A stretch of DNA of 64,000 bases from Octopus sinensis (Eukaryota): positions 47,244,001-47,308,000 of the forward strand of contig NC_042997.1 in the NCBI RefSeq assembly GCF_006345805.1, written 5' to 3'. A model generated the notes under the pieces. That model saw only the letters and a program-made list of their open reading frames with translations, had not been told where the DNA came from and did not search any database. The stretch's first letter is position 1. Each line of letters opens with the position of its first letter. Positions 38,677-53,039 of this stretch are shown in pieces. Position numbers and translations under genes: made by a program.

Positions 38677-40607
38677 CTAAAACGTGACTGCAGCTATGTT
38701 CGGTAATAGTAAAATGTATTAATCATTGACAGATATTTTCTCTTACCGGTTACGCTTCAGAGTTAACGTTTTATGAAACGTTTATTAATTTCGTTAATGT
38801 TAAATATAGTATGCATCTCTAAATATATGACGTCAATGACATGACTTTAAAGACTGCATTCAGGTTTACTCGATAACATGTAATGTAGAGCTAAATATCG
38901 AGAGCAGGAACCGCTGCATCGAAGTGACATGCGCACAATTCGTTCTTTATTAATTTTATATACATTTAAGAAAGTGAAATCAGAAGAGTGCAACAAGGGT
39001 CGGTTAATTCCTAATAAAATCTATTCACTTACTCCTCTGGTGACTGCAAAACAGTTTGTAAAACAAAAGATTTCTGCTGATTATTTAGTTTCTATCGTAA
39101 CCCAAATCTTCAATGGTAACTCACTAAACTCGTAATTTTCCTGAAAATCACTATAATTTAGTCACTGGAAGAAGTGAGGTCATATTAGATTCATTTACCT
39201 TTCAAGGTTAGATTTGTTTTAAATGAAAAGCAAAATTGCATATCAGTATTTGCTTGTCAGTAGCATAATTTCTGTTCTGCTACTCTCTTCGATTTCATTG
39301 AAGAGCAGTTATCAGAACAGATCAACAGATAATTTGATTTGCGACAGGGCTTAATGTTACATACTTAGTTCGCAAATGAACATAATGTGTTGTTTTTCTT
39401 TTTCTTTTCAGCAACTACACTATTCTCAAAAATTTTGTAACATAATTTCCTGAAGTTGTTATTGATTTTATTCCTTTGATGTTTATGATTGGATTGCTAG
39501 AGTGATGGAAATTCAAGCTAAGGATAACTACATTTTAAATCATTTGATCTAACTGCATCTATCAAAGAGAAGTCCATTATTTCAAAACGGGTATTGTAAA
39601 AGGTACATTAGAAGGATAATAAATTTTGGTAATTGGTCGAGTGTTGGAAATCATACTACATTCACCCCATCAAAATAGCAAGTAACAAGTTATTCTTTCG
39701 TTTTTTTTTGTTCAATTTGCAAGAAAAGTACATAAAAACTATTATAAAGAACAAAATGTAACAATTGGTGAATGCGGAGTCAAACTGTGTAATGCATTTC
39801 AATAATTTAGTTGTTTCGAAGTAGATTAATATCGAACCACATTTAGTAAGTGGAATGCCTACAGAGTATAATATTAGCGGAAAATTAATATTTGTTTCCT
39901 CACTAGAGAAATGCACTCCAATACGAAGTGCGAAAAGTAGACAGTGAACGAGGAAGATACAATAATCATACAAACCAACTAAGATACCTAGGCATGATTA
40001 GATCATATTTAATGCTTTCTGCCTGACCATAAACTAATATCTGTAGACTATTTAATTTGCCAGTGACAATATTCCTTTGAGAAAAAGTCTGATTATTACT
40101 TTTTACGGTAATTGTGTCTGTTGAAACTTAGAATATGTCCTCCTGCTTTTATCTTCATAATTTTCGTCTCTCATACTTTGACGTTGTTGTGTTCTGTTGA
40201 TACTGTTTAATCTGATGTTAGTCCTGTATGAACAAATCTGTCACCAAAGACATTCTAGCCGTGCTCATCCAGCTTTTTTCTTGCTTTATTTTTTCCCCAC
40301 TTCTCATATTGCAACCCATGTTAAATGGAAGTAAGAAAGAGTTCAAAGTACATTTTACTGAAACTTCTAGTAATTAGGCTAGACCGATATCGTAGAGGAT
40401 TTCACTTTTCGTGTTTCCTAATATAGTGTCTGAATCATGTAGTCTCTCACTTCCTCCTCCTCCTCCTCCTTTTTCTTCTTCTTCTCCTTCCTCTTCTTAA
40501 TCATTTTTATTTTTCTTCAAACTACATTTTATCTTTTTTATTATTGTTGTTGTTGTTATTGTTGTTGTTATTATTATTATTATTATTTTTATTATTATTA
40601 TTATTAA

Positions 40608-40653
<46 letters not shown>

Positions 40654-40654
40654 T

Positions 40655-41790
40655 TGTTAATTCAAGTTGTGTTGGAGCACACATAGTCTTGAAACACGTA
40701 GCGGGCTTGCTACCTGCAGCCTACACTATACTACGTTTACCCTTTACGACTATTTAATAGTTAGCTGATGATTCTGACCGTGAAAAGAAGGTAAATGTTT
40801 TGTTACAACTCTTCTGGGTACTCTATTCCTATTTCCTTTGATGCCTTTTTATTCTGTCCCCAGTGACCCAACAAATATTTGTACTATTTTCACCTTTTTT
40901 ATTTTTCATCGTCGAGCTATCTCGTATTTAAGGGTTGTTTGTGTCCATATTTTCACGTTTCGTCTTGACTATTCGTGGATCAGAGGGCCAAGCACCATAG
41001 ATTATGGAGCACATTTAGTTCACCTTGTCTACCATCTCTATATCCGGATTGTGTGGAGGCGTAATGGCCCAGTGGTTAGGGCAGCGGACTCGCGGTCGTA
41101 GGATCGTGGTTTCGATTCCCAGACCGGGCATTGTGGGTGTTTATTGAGCGAAAACACCTAAAGCTTCACAAGGCTCCTGCAGGGGGTGGTGGTGAACCCT
41201 GCTGTACTCTTTCATCACAACTTTCTCTCACTCTTTCTTCCTGTCTCTGTTGTACCTGTATTTCAAAGGGCCAGCCTTGTCACTCTCTGTGTCACGCTGA
41301 ATCTCCTCGAGAACTACGTTAAGGCTACACGTGTTTGTGGAGTGCTCAGCCACTTACACGTTAATTCCACGAGCAAGCTGTTCCGTTGGTCGTATCAGCT
41401 GGGACCCTCATCGTCGTAACCAACGGAGTGCTCCTATATCCGGATTGTGGTGCTCAAACACCTTTCTGTTTGAATGGGGAAATCCCACCGGATTTTCCAG
41501 GTCTCCGATTCAGTCACTCTCTGCAGTTTGTACACGTACAACGTCTTGCCCCTCTCAAAACCCACTCAGTTTACAATACAGCACTTTCGCTATCTCATCG
41601 TGTCACCACATCTTATATTGGTGCTGGGCAATTCAAGGGCGTTTGTTCATAATATGGGCAATGAGTTCGTCAGATCCATTACAGATTCGGTACAATAGAA
41701 ACACTTGCTCATCATACCATTTACCCGAAGATTTTTACCTATTGTTTTCTTCATTTTTAACACGTTAGTAGCAAAGGACTAGCCGTATAG
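40655..41790 (-). pseudogene. R4/Dong-like LINE 3' remnant with restriction-like endonuclease, ending in (AAT)n
   Basis: CRICNGSDELIAHIM zinc-knuckle remnant, HDEIAKV, FPIQTE..NPDI and FVGSLG. Split by a SINE A insertion. Confidence 0.7.
41055..41433 (+). mobile_element. SINE family A with a 16-bp TSD
   Basis: CTATATCCGGATTGTG at 41038-41053 and 41434-41449. Confidence 0.9.
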
Positions 41791-41836
41791 GTATAAAAAT
41801 GAAGACACTTAAAGTAAAAAATAATTAATAACTCAC

Positions 41837-41987
41837 CTGTAGTAGCGACACACTGCCACAAGAACAATTACAGCCGCAATAAGAAGAATAAATAAGGAGC
41901 CAGCAAGGCCCCATAATGTGGATCTGTAGGTTCTTTCTATTCGTATTATATTGTGTTCACCAACGGGTGTTTCTTCATCAACAGGAC
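41837..41987 (-). CDS. Transmembrane-encoding exon of a single-pass membrane protein
   Basis: TTTTCAG acceptor and AG|GTGAGT donor; 151 nt, phase 1-2. PVDEETPVGEHNIIRIERTYRST-LWGLAGSLFILLIAAVIVLVAVC-RYYR. Confidence 0.75.
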
Positions 41988-42519
41988 CTGAAAATGTATA
42001 AGCAAATATATATATATTTTCAACGTAAACAAGAGACAGATACAGCAATTCATAAATATTGTGTCATGATATACCGAGCCGAAGAAGCAATAGTGATTAT
42101 TGAACTCTGTAGACTTCCGTCTGTTTTTTAACATTTAGATCTCTTTAATTCGCACGCGTGCGCATGTGTGCGTGTGAGTGTGTGAGTGTGTGTTTTCCCG
42201 TGTGTGAGTGTGTGTGCGTGTGTGCGCGCGCGCGTAAGCACGTACGTATACCATAGACTATCGCTTACGAGTGCTGGCGAAATGAAGTCGTCACAAAAAT
42301 TTTCTGGTGCCTAGTTTTCACCCGGCTCAACTTGATATAAAACAGAAACTAGAAAAGGAACAACAACAACAACAACATCAAGTCGAAGAAGAAGAAGAAG
42401 AAGAAGAAGAAGGAGGACAACAACAACAACAAAGAGAAGAAAAAGAAGAACAGCAATAATGATGATGATAATAATAGTAATAAAAAAAATAATAGCAGCA
42501 GTAGACGTAGCAGCAGCAT

Positions 42520-42566
<47 letters not shown>

Positions 42567-42574
42567 ATTTCAGA

Positions 42575-42760
42575 CTTTTGGCACACGGCCAGCAATTTCG
42601 GTGAAGGGGATAAAATTGAATGCAGCGACCTCAGTGTTGAACTGGTACTATTTTATCAACTACGAAGGATGAACAGTAAAGTCGACTTTGTCGGAATTTG
42701 GATTCAGAACGGGAAGACGGACGAAATGCTGCGGGCATTTTATCCGGCATGCTTTACAGT
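42575..42760 (-). mobile_element. SINE family C
   Basis: TTTTGGCACACGGCC...GTCGACTTTGTCGGAATTTGGATTCAGAACG. Confidence 0.65.
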
Positions 42761-43716
42761 ACTAAACACTGTCTCGTATTTCATTAAGTGTTTATGTGTT
42801 TCATGAAAATATTTCTTATGTACATACAAGACATCTGAGATTTTAAAACAATTTTATCTTTTCTCTTCAGTCATGCTAGGATGAAAAATAAGAGATATTT
42901 TAAATTATAGAAAAAGAATCATTCGTTTATTATCTCCCCTTGTTCAGACCGTTCGAAGTAATGGAGCATCCTTTGGTAGAAGCTATGGCAGTGTTCATGG
43001 GTTATTTCATCGAACTTTTCAGATATTAATTGGTGGGCTCTACTGGACGAGTTAGATAAGATAGACTTGTATTCCCTTACGGCTGATGTAGTTTAACTCT
43101 TATTGTTTTTCAAGGCTTGAGCACCAATTGAAAAATTCAAATTTGATTGCAAGGAATTCAAATTTGATTTTTAAAAAATCCAAATTTGATGGCAAAGAAT
43201 CCAAACTAGATGGAAAACATCTATATCTAGAATGTTTAAGGCTAAACAAGAAAGCTTGCACATTTTCACAAGGACAAAAGATAGTTTCTTTTGAAGATCT
43301 CTTTACCATGATTCCAAGAAATCAACATTCTGTATTCAGTGCGTTTGGTCAATTTACGCCCCAAGTTCCTAAGGATCTCTCGCATTTGTACTAGTCAACA
43401 ACGTTTTAGGTGAAGAAGATTATCGATTGATTTGACCCCAGTCTCACACATTTTTATCGACGTTGGAACGATGATACACAAACTCAAATTAGCATTTCAA
43501 TAACACTATAGCTATAAGAGGTAAAACAAACTAAAGAACTCACCAATAGGGATCTGAAGGTTAATATCGTGTTCGCCATGTCTAAATGCCATTGTAAATT
43601 TTGTCGTATTTTCCATTTCTTTATCCTCCTCCTCTTCCACCTCAATTCTTTGTATCTTGTAGCATTTTTAATTTTCTTTCTCTTCATCTTTCTATTTATT
43701 GCTACGGCTGAAGCTA

Positions 43717-43769
<53 letters not shown>

Positions 43770-45256
43770 ACTACTACTACTACTACTACTACTACTAGTG
43801 ATTCTTATAATTGTTTTCCGTTGTATTATTACTATTCCTTCACTTTTTCTTTCTCTTCTTAATTATCTTATTTAGTTTCCTTTATATATCAGCGCAAAAG
43901 TGTATGCGCTCTTTCCTCGGGGCAATTAACAGAAACGAATATTTTCCTGATTTATCCTGACTAATTGAATTTCACTTATTGTTAGTGGTGTTTTACATCT
44001 TCTCATGAACAAATTGCTACATTTATCTCTTTTATACAACACAACAACACACTCAAACAAATAACATAAATACAAGCACATAGAGTCACACGTTCTTGTG
44101 AATATGTGTCGACGGTTATAAACAAATTTAAACTAACACAATTAGCCTTAAGAGAAATAACAGGTTAAGTAATTTGAGAAAAGATGTATGTTTATGATGA
44201 GAAGAAGAAGTGAATATATTTCTACGCATTTCTGTAATTTAACCTCGTAATGCAAATGCGGCAAAATGTTTTATTAAATTTAATCAACTGCAAAGAACGG
44301 TATTAATTTAATGACGATACACTTGTAACACGGCAGGCAAAAACAAAAAAAAAAAAAACAACAGATGTGCAGAGTAATTGATTCTGAAGATTATGCTGGC
44401 TTTCAAAGAGAGCGGATCACCAGTAAAGAGACTGTAGAATTCCAAGTGTCTTTGTTACCGTCTTTTGTTTGTTTGTTTTTTTATATAATTTTTATTCTTT
44501 TCTCAATTTAAACATGAAATTTGCAAAGAAATTCTTGTCTTGACGGACACGCTATTTCTTTCTGAATTTATATAGACCTGATGTTTCCAGAATAAATTAT
44601 TAGAATATCATATAGTCTGAGTGGTGAATGAGATTTGGCTACTATGTCTAGCAATTTCCCTCGAAATCAACTAAGGTTTTCTCAAATTATATTGTTTCTT
44701 TTCTTTCATTAGCATCCGTCATTGTTCTTTGGAAAATTTGAAGGAATCTCTCAAGGGGTTTAATCGATCACAATGACTCTCCTGCTTAATTAATCTGGAA
44801 TTCAATTTTTGCTATCGATTGCCGAGCCGCTACTGCGTAGGACATTGACAAATACAGCAAGAACTAAATTTTTAAAGTAGTGTAAATTTCAGCTCTGACA
44901 CGACACAGGCACATACGTCATACATACCTCAATATACCCCAGGCTTCTATACAGTTTCCGTCTAAAAAATATCATCTCAAAAATACAAATATACCCTATA
45001 CTTTATCATGGCCCATACTGGATTCAGAGCTTCCCTACCGAGGTCAACGCACAACCTGCAAGTTTTTCCTGAAGGAGGTGCTTCACATATTAAAGCACAA
45101 CTCTCCAACAGTGCTAAATAAACATAATGAGGCACTAAGCTCATGCAACCACCGTTTTTTCACACATTCAAATTCTTCCACAAATCCAAATGCCTAAACG
45201 ATCATACAATATATTTCCACAATAACCCTTGAGTAATCCCAATAACCTTAACTCCT

Positions 45257-45727
45257 GGCGAGCTGGCAGAATCGTTAGCACGCCAGGCGAAATGCGTAGC
45301 CGTATTTCGTCTACCGTTATGTTCTGAGATCAAATTCCGCTGAGGTCGACCTTGCCTTTCATCCTTTCGGGGTCGATAAATAAAGTACCCGTTTCGCACT
45401 GGGGTCGATGTAATCGACTTAATCCCTGTGCCTGTCCTTGTTTGTCCCCTCTATGTTTAGCTCGTTGTGGGCAATAAAGAAATATATATGCATGTATATA
45501 CTATTTCTTTATTACCCACAAGGGGCTAAACAAAGAGGGGAGAAACAAGGACAGACATAGGTATTAAGTCGATTATATCGACTCCAGTGCGTAACTGGTA
45601 CTTAATTTATCGACCCCGAAAGGATGACAGGCAAAGTCGACCTCGGCGAAAAATGAACTTACAACGTACTGGCAGACGAAATACCGCTAAGCATTTCGCC
45701 CGGCGTGCTAACGTTTCTGCCAGCTCG
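45257..45727. repeat. Tail-to-tail inverted pair of family C SINEs (45257-45484 +, 45503-45727 -)
   Basis: Two full-length copies in opposite orientation, about 18 nt apart. Confidence 0.88.
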
Positions 45728-45779
45728 TATATACATCTTCTATTGTGTATACCTTTTCTATACATATTCTTCTATTACT

Positions 45780-46680
45780 GACCACTGACCTGTCTTCTAA
45801 GCAACCTAACCTATATTTTCAAATCTTCATTTCATCTTTTTACTACCCCTACCCCCTCTCACATATATATATATATTCTTCTACTACTAAGCACTGACCT
45901 GTCCTCTAAGCAACCTAACCTATATTCCTAAATTCTTCATTCCACCTTTTTACTACCAACACCCCTCTCTCTACCCTTCACTTAGGCTCTATCGCTACAT
46001 TCCTCACACTCCTTTACTCTTTACCCTATCATCTCTATACACTCTCATACCTTTCTCTCTCTCTCTCTCTCTCACCTCACCTCTGCTTTACTTCTATCAA
46101 TTTAGCCTGACTGACCACTAGCCAGATCACTCTCCCTCTCTCCATTTCTTTATTATCTCTCTCCCTGCTTTTCTATTTTCTCTCTCACTTTTTTCCTCTG
46201 TTTGTGATTTGACATTACAAACACATTCCCAACTTTTAAGTCACTTCAATAAAACCCTCGATCCAATAACACCGTGTACAAACTCTATGCTTGGAATGAC
46301 AAATTATAAATACTATTGGAACTTACACACAAGACACAGGAAACTTATATGTATACCATTCTGCTTAAATAATGGAACTGCAGATACAATATCCCTGCAC
46401 ATCTCACGTCTGTTTTCATTCCTCCACTTCATTCTATATTTCATATCTTATCTTGAATAACTACAGCTTAACCATTTTCTCGCACCGTCTTTGATGAAGG
46501 GATATATAAAATATCCCGAAAACAGCTCTAAGACATTCTCCTAATAAATGATCTGAAATCTTTCACTGCTTTGGATTTTTATCTCATTCTGTTAATTTTT
46601 TTTTATATATGCATGCTAATTATGACCTACGTTGGACTCCTCATGCACATAATCACCGAACCTGGAGCTTAACTATAGTC
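45780..46680 (+). mobile_element. Penelope-like 3' region (family P3) with terminal hammerhead-like motif
   Basis: Matches the reverse complement of 21500-21930. GTCT-TTGATGA-A-GGGATAT..ATATCCC-GAAAAC..AAGAC at 46487-46534. Confidence 0.5.
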
Positions 46681-46719
46681 TGTCCTTGTTATTTGAGTTA
46701 TATATGTGTGTGTGTATAC

Positions 46720-46785
<66 letters not shown>

Positions 46786-47889
46786 TATAAAAATAAAATA
46801 CACTTCTACACATGCACACATACATAAAGTCTCTCTTTCCTTTAGCCCCTTCTGGTATTCTCTAACTGCAGTACACGCACAAAATCTAACACTAGCATAC
46901 AGACACATACAAACACCCTGCATCCCATTCGCCTGTCTAACCCTTTCCATAAATACCAATATATATAAATAAAGTCACCAATGAAATCTTGTGTTCATCA
47001 TAAAATTGCTTTGCTTATCGAAATCATTGACATATCAGTTCACTGACGTTCAACAAAACATAATAACAGTAACTGGTTACTATAATTGCAATTTCTCAAA
47101 GATAAAGAATTTATCGCAGTATTATAAAAAACGAGTTAATAATATAAAACAACGAATATGTCGTGCAATATCAGCAAATGAAACATCTACATAATACTTT
47201 TTGTAACTTATCTACCTAACTATTTGTCTGTTTCTATGCCTATCATTTACTCCCACCAACTTCTCTCTGTCTCTCAATACACACACACACAACACATACG
47301 CACACGCACACACACACATATTTATATATGTAAGCTTATTTCTCAACATGGTCCCATGTCCAATCTCATAACGAGACACCTTGATCAAGTGTCTTCTACT
47401 CTTGGTCAGCCCGAGGCTGAGCAGAACCTTGTGAGTGAATTTCGTTGACGGAAATTGAAAATGACGACAAGCATTACTTGTCAGCAAGGTTGAGCAGAGA
47501 CTGTTCCGCGGATTCATGTCTCCATGTGTGTATTGGTTCAAAAACTACGCAAACGTGATCATATTTTCCGTACGTTCTTTTGAATTTACTCTCTTTTGAA
47601 ATAGGTCGAAGGTGATTCCTTCGCGAAATATTTTCTTCAGCATTCACCGAAATTAATGATGTTCAAATAATTAAATCATACCATTTTTACATTACACAAA
47701 TCTGTATTTCGGCTTAACTTATGAGAATTATTGACGTTTAGACATGTCAACAAGTGTGTTTTTACTTAGTCAATCAGCCTGTTAGGAAAAAAGCATAACC
47801 AAAAACAGCCAAATTTCCTGTCTTACAAATTGACACATTGATTAAACCTAGATACATTACGCTTAAATTAAATATAACAGGATATTTAC

Positions 47890-47933
47890 ATCTAAAACGA
47901 ATTTGTTCATACAAAGTTTGATAAAAAGCTGAC
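47890..47933 (-). CDS. Candidate 44-nt exon (SAFYQTLYEQIRFR); alternative donor at 47827
   Basis: Acceptor TTGTTCTTTATCTCCAG. Phase 2-1 bridges exon 55972-56062 to the TM exon. Both donor options (GTAAAT, GTAAGA) give phase 1. Confidence 0.42.
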
Positions 47934-48563
47934 CTGGAGATAAAGAACAACAACGAAATCAATAAGTTCTCTTTAATGATAGTTACGTCAAGTCTGCACG
48001 TTAATTATATCTGTATATGATTTGGTTACGCCATATAAGCCTCACATGAAAGGCCAGACTATATATATATATATATATATATGCGCTGTCGGTAGAGATA
48101 TTAGTCATGAAAGTAATTTAATTAGATATTTTGTCCTATAAAAGCAATTAAACTGCCATATGAAAAATGTAAAGTGTGTAATACCAAATGTGATTTCAAT
48201 TTTATGCTGCTTTAATATACTTGGATGACAGAATTCGTCGAAAATATGGCCACATAATTTTTTTTATTTATTCATGGCTTAGTGGTTAGCGTGTTACACT
48301 CATAATCGTGAGATCGTGATTTCAATTCCTAGACCGGGTGGTGCGTTGTCTTTTTATGCAAAACACTTCGTTTCACGTTGCTCTATGATCACTTGGACAC
48401 CTGACGCGTGACACAACTGTTCAGATAACGTCAATTTAATGGAAAACGTGAGCTAATGTGTGATACGAACATTTGATCACTATAAGCAAATCATTTGTGC
48501 AGGTCGTTCGGGAAAAAAACTGAACACTAATACGTAGTTGTCTTCGACGGGAGAGTCCATCAC

Positions 48564-48673
<110 letters not shown>

Positions 48674-48779
48674 GTATGAGAGGTGGTCGTATCCAGAATA
48701 ACCAAGGTGGCATGTATCGCTTATATGTGCTATGGAAAGACTGTAGTTAAACTCATTCGTATCATTATATATATATATA

Positions 48780-48849
<70 letters not shown>

Positions 48850-49161
48850 AGGTTATAAGAAGTAATGGTGTCATTGAGACCCAAAGGTAATGCTGAATAA
48901 GTGCTATAGATAGACCATAGTTAAGTTCCAGGTTAGGTAATTTTGCGAATAAGGGGTTCCGTGCTGGTCATATTTTAACGTGTGTATATAAGAATGTTTT
49001 GCACAATTAGATTTTAAAAACCGTCTCCGATGAAGGGATATAATCAATAAATTGCGCGTAATTGAAGAATACAAGCCAGCTCAGTCGGCCGAGGGCAGAA
49101 TGAGTCCCCCGCTCAAGTGAGTCTTGCTTCCCAGATCTTGAGGATGAGGAGCAGGAAAAGA

Positions 49162-49236
<75 letters not shown>

Positions 49237-49244
49237 TCCAAACA

Positions 49245-49430
49245 TGAAAACACAAAGAGAAAACACAACAACGCGAGGACGTGGAACAAATATAGTATTA
49301 TTGGACGCTCAGGAAAGAAGGAAAGAAGGAGGGTTTAACGTTTCGAGCGGAGCTCGTCGTCGGAAACACAGGAGAAGGAAGGACAGAGGAAAAATCGCCA
49401 ACGGTACGCACGCGGTCACATTTTGAATAT
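49245..49430 (-). mobile_element. Family P1 short element with a hammerhead-like motif
   Basis: Reverse complement of 6866-7100; motif at 49333-49367. Confidence 0.55.
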
Positions 49431-49563
49431 ATATATGCACACATACACACAATATAAATATATATATATATATATATGCGTATGTGTGTGTATGTACTTA
49501 TACACATACGTACAGACGGACAGCCAGACAGACAGGCAGCCAGCCAGACAGACAGATACATAA

Positions 49564-49605
<42 letters not shown>

Positions 49606-50074
49606 TCAGTATACGCAGCTGAAGAATTATTAAATCAAAATAGCCATCTATGTGTCATATCTAATATATACACATTGTCGGTAGATCTGTTATTGCTGTA
49701 TTTCTTTCTGTAATATCTCTTACGAAGTCGCTGTGTTAAGAGCACAATAAATATGAGTGAGAGAAGAAAACCACTCATCTCCCTGGCCGGGGGTAACGAA
49801 TTGTCGTTCCAGCATGTTGTTGGCCACTCGTACGCATCCTTATGAAGAACGGTGCTTACCATGCGTTGATAAGAGGCAAATACCTCGAAACCGGTCCGTA
49901 TGTAGTATCCGTATCTTCGGGGAGGCTGATCTCCCTTTGCAGGCTGGCAAGGACACCGAGATGGTGTCAGCCCTTCTGGTGACGTTGATGATCGCCTGGG
50001 GCTAAATGCATCAGTAACACACCCACCACCCCACCCTGTCCCTAGCCACATTCAGATGGCTGATCCCCCTTATG

Positions 50075-50139
<65 letters not shown>

Positions 50140-50149
50140 TGTGTGTGTG

Positions 50150-50269
50150 CTCCTTATCCTCATGATCTGGGAAAGCATGATCCTCTCAACCAAACGACTT
50201 CTGCGATGCAACTATCATCACCATCTACAAGAAGGGAGGCCGAAAAGATTGCAACAACTATCGGGTCAC

Positions 50270-50275
<6 letters not shown>
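50150..50275 (+). pseudogene. RTE-type RT fragment
   Basis: LILMIWE...DATIITIYKKGGRKDCNNYR, read across a frameshift. Confidence 0.6.
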
Positions 50276-50301
<26 letters not shown>

Positions 50302-51891
50302 CGACGGGTTTCTTTCAGTTTTCCTTTGCTAGCTTTTGGTCGGCCCGAAGCAACAGAAGAAACTTGCCCCCAATGTGTAATGCATTGGGACTGAATCCAA
50401 AACCAACCATGTGGTCGGGAAGTAAACTTCTTGCCATACAGCCATTGTTGCGCCTCAGCCGCTATGTTTATCACTTTACTATTTCCTGTACTTGATTTGT
50501 ATTTTAAAAACTTCATTTGGTTTGTTTATTTAGACATTCTGACTCCTACCGATATCCGTAATCTCAAACGTAACCCCGTACTTCTTCAGCTGTTAAGCTG
50601 TCTAGACACATTTCTGCTCCCATACCAGCATTAAACAGACAATATCATGTAAGGCCTAAATGATTTCTCATTTAAAATCCGTTGTCTGATTTTTTGCTTC
50701 TCATATGTACACACATACACACACACTCACATTGTTGCTGAAGTATTTTTAAAAAAGAAAAGCTAAATACCAACTAAACGTCGTTTAAATTACAACCTAC
50801 TATCTTAGAAAATTTTTTTTGAAACGTACATGATGTGGCTCTGCGTGTATTGAACTACGAATAATGAAGTGGCATATGATACACGAGGGAAAGAATATTA
50901 AACCAGAATTAATCATATATTTCGTGTAAGCATTAGGCTTTAATAATTTTTTTTTATAGTAAGGTGATCTAGGTACATTTACAATATTTTTCTCTGCTTA
51001 TTCTACCATTTGAATAAGTGCCATTAAAAATAATTCATTCATGTCAGTCTTGAAAGACTAAAAATAACTCCACCAATATAATTTCCACAGTTAACATTAG
51101 TTTGATTCTATAAATCAAAGACTATCGTCTCTACAAGACATCGAGTAAACAAGAAGTAAAGAAATTTTAAACATTTACAATCTTACAATTGTTCACAAAA
51201 CAACTGCAGAAACAACTATGATGTTCATGCAGAATGTTTAGTATTTGTACAAAATATAGTTTATTAAAAAATTTGCAGTTTATAGTACAGATGCAATTTC
51301 ATTGGGTTACGACAAACGGCGTGGGTTTGATTCATACTAAGGTTAATTTTTTTTATTTCACTCTATCTAGACCTCAGAGCCCTTCGTGTGAATGCGTAAA
51401 TATTATGTATTCATAATTTATCAATGTGTGCAAATAAATAAGAATATAAATTTAAATGTATTCCTCATTTCGGATTAACAACAATTAAGTGGGAAGCAAA
51501 AGCCACAGACATATAGTGCTAGGTATATACAATATCTAGATGCGTAGATTTTATGGAAACAGTGAACCATGTGTAATACTGAAATTAGTTACCAAACGTC
51601 GTACAGTTACGATTATCTTTATATCCCTAGATTTCTAGAGAGGACAAATGGTGAGCAATTGTTTAACATTCTTAGTATACAGTTAGCGTCACAATATTTT
51701 TCTAGATTATAATTTTCGGTAACCAGTATGTTACATTGTGTGAATGCGTTTAGAGAAATATGTATTTAGTAACGTATACATGAAGGGTAGAAAATGTGAC
51801 ACTAAATGGAACTTACTAATCAATCGATCTACATCTATCTGTCGCCCTCTCTCTCTCTCTATCTTACTATCTCTCTCTCTCTTATTCTCTC

Positions 51892-51926
<35 letters not shown>

Positions 51927-53039
51927 TTGTTTGTTTGTCTCTCTATCTACGTACAATGCAAATGCGAGTTCGTATATGTTTTTGTGTGTGTATATGTCTG
52001 TGTGTGAGTCTGTATGTATGTATATTTGTATGTATGTATTCATACTTAGCTGACACCCGCCGATGTTTTGTTTTGTACCTACATGCCCATAGGTGGAGTC
52101 GAGCTGGTGCACATCTTTTAGTATGAGCATGAAGTTATAGTTTGTAGATTTACATATTCAATATAAAAAAATACACTCTTATATATCCAAATATATGAAA
52201 GTTAGATTTAGATATTGTCTGCCTAATAAAGATAAGTGCTAAGAAAGTATCTATGAATAGAGAAAATAATATAAAATGAGATAAAGATGTGACATAGAAC
52301 AACTTTTATGAAATGCAGTAAAACATTGAGATAAAGGAAAACAGATTGTTAGATATAAATAAAAAAGTTGGTAATGTGAGTAGACAAATTACGAAGAGAA
52401 GTCAAATAATATGTGTGAGTGCGTGAGTGCGTGTGTATGTGAAAATAACCAGCTACTAACATATGAAGTAGATGTTATTGGTCAAGTGTTGGTGAGGTGT
52501 AATGACTTGATCCTACAAAATAATTCCGGCTATGAAATGTTTTTCGAATTGTGCTCATAAAATGTGGTGAGGGACAGGATAATAAGAAAACTATAGTAAA
52601 TTATTTCCCAGTTGTAGCTTTCTCAGAGTTGTCTTGACATTTATGCCTGATAATCACAAAATGCTTCATTTGTACCAGAGAATACAATATCTAAGGGAAA
52701 ATCATGGAATAATAAAAACAAAACTTTTAGTAGTAATGTGAAATAATGAAGATGAGGGAGTGTGAAAAATGGTTTAGTATCTGACTCGATCTTTTAGTAT
52801 ATATACTTATGTTCCTCTGCTTTCTCAACTATAATAAATTTGGTGACACTAGTGTCAATAAAATAAAGTTCTGTTCCGTGCAGAGAATACTTTCGAGAAT
52901 CTTTCACACAACTTTACACATTTGTGTTATTATGCTACCGTTAGGAATTAATAAAAAAATTCAGTTGTGTAAAATAAGATTCGATATTTCATAATAGAAT
53001 TTCAAATAAACAAGTGAAATTTACAACCTGACACAATCT

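Noticed and set aside
38650-38695. Plus-strand CTGATGA...AAAACGT overlapping the juxtamembrane exon, as a possible hammerhead
   Set aside because: Stem II does not pair and G12 is missing. It slightly lowers confidence in the exon but is not called.
41055-41130. tRNA-like sequences here and at 880-956 and 56921-56990
   Set aside because: They have A/B boxes but no complete cloverleaf and continue into repeat bodies, so they are SINE heads.
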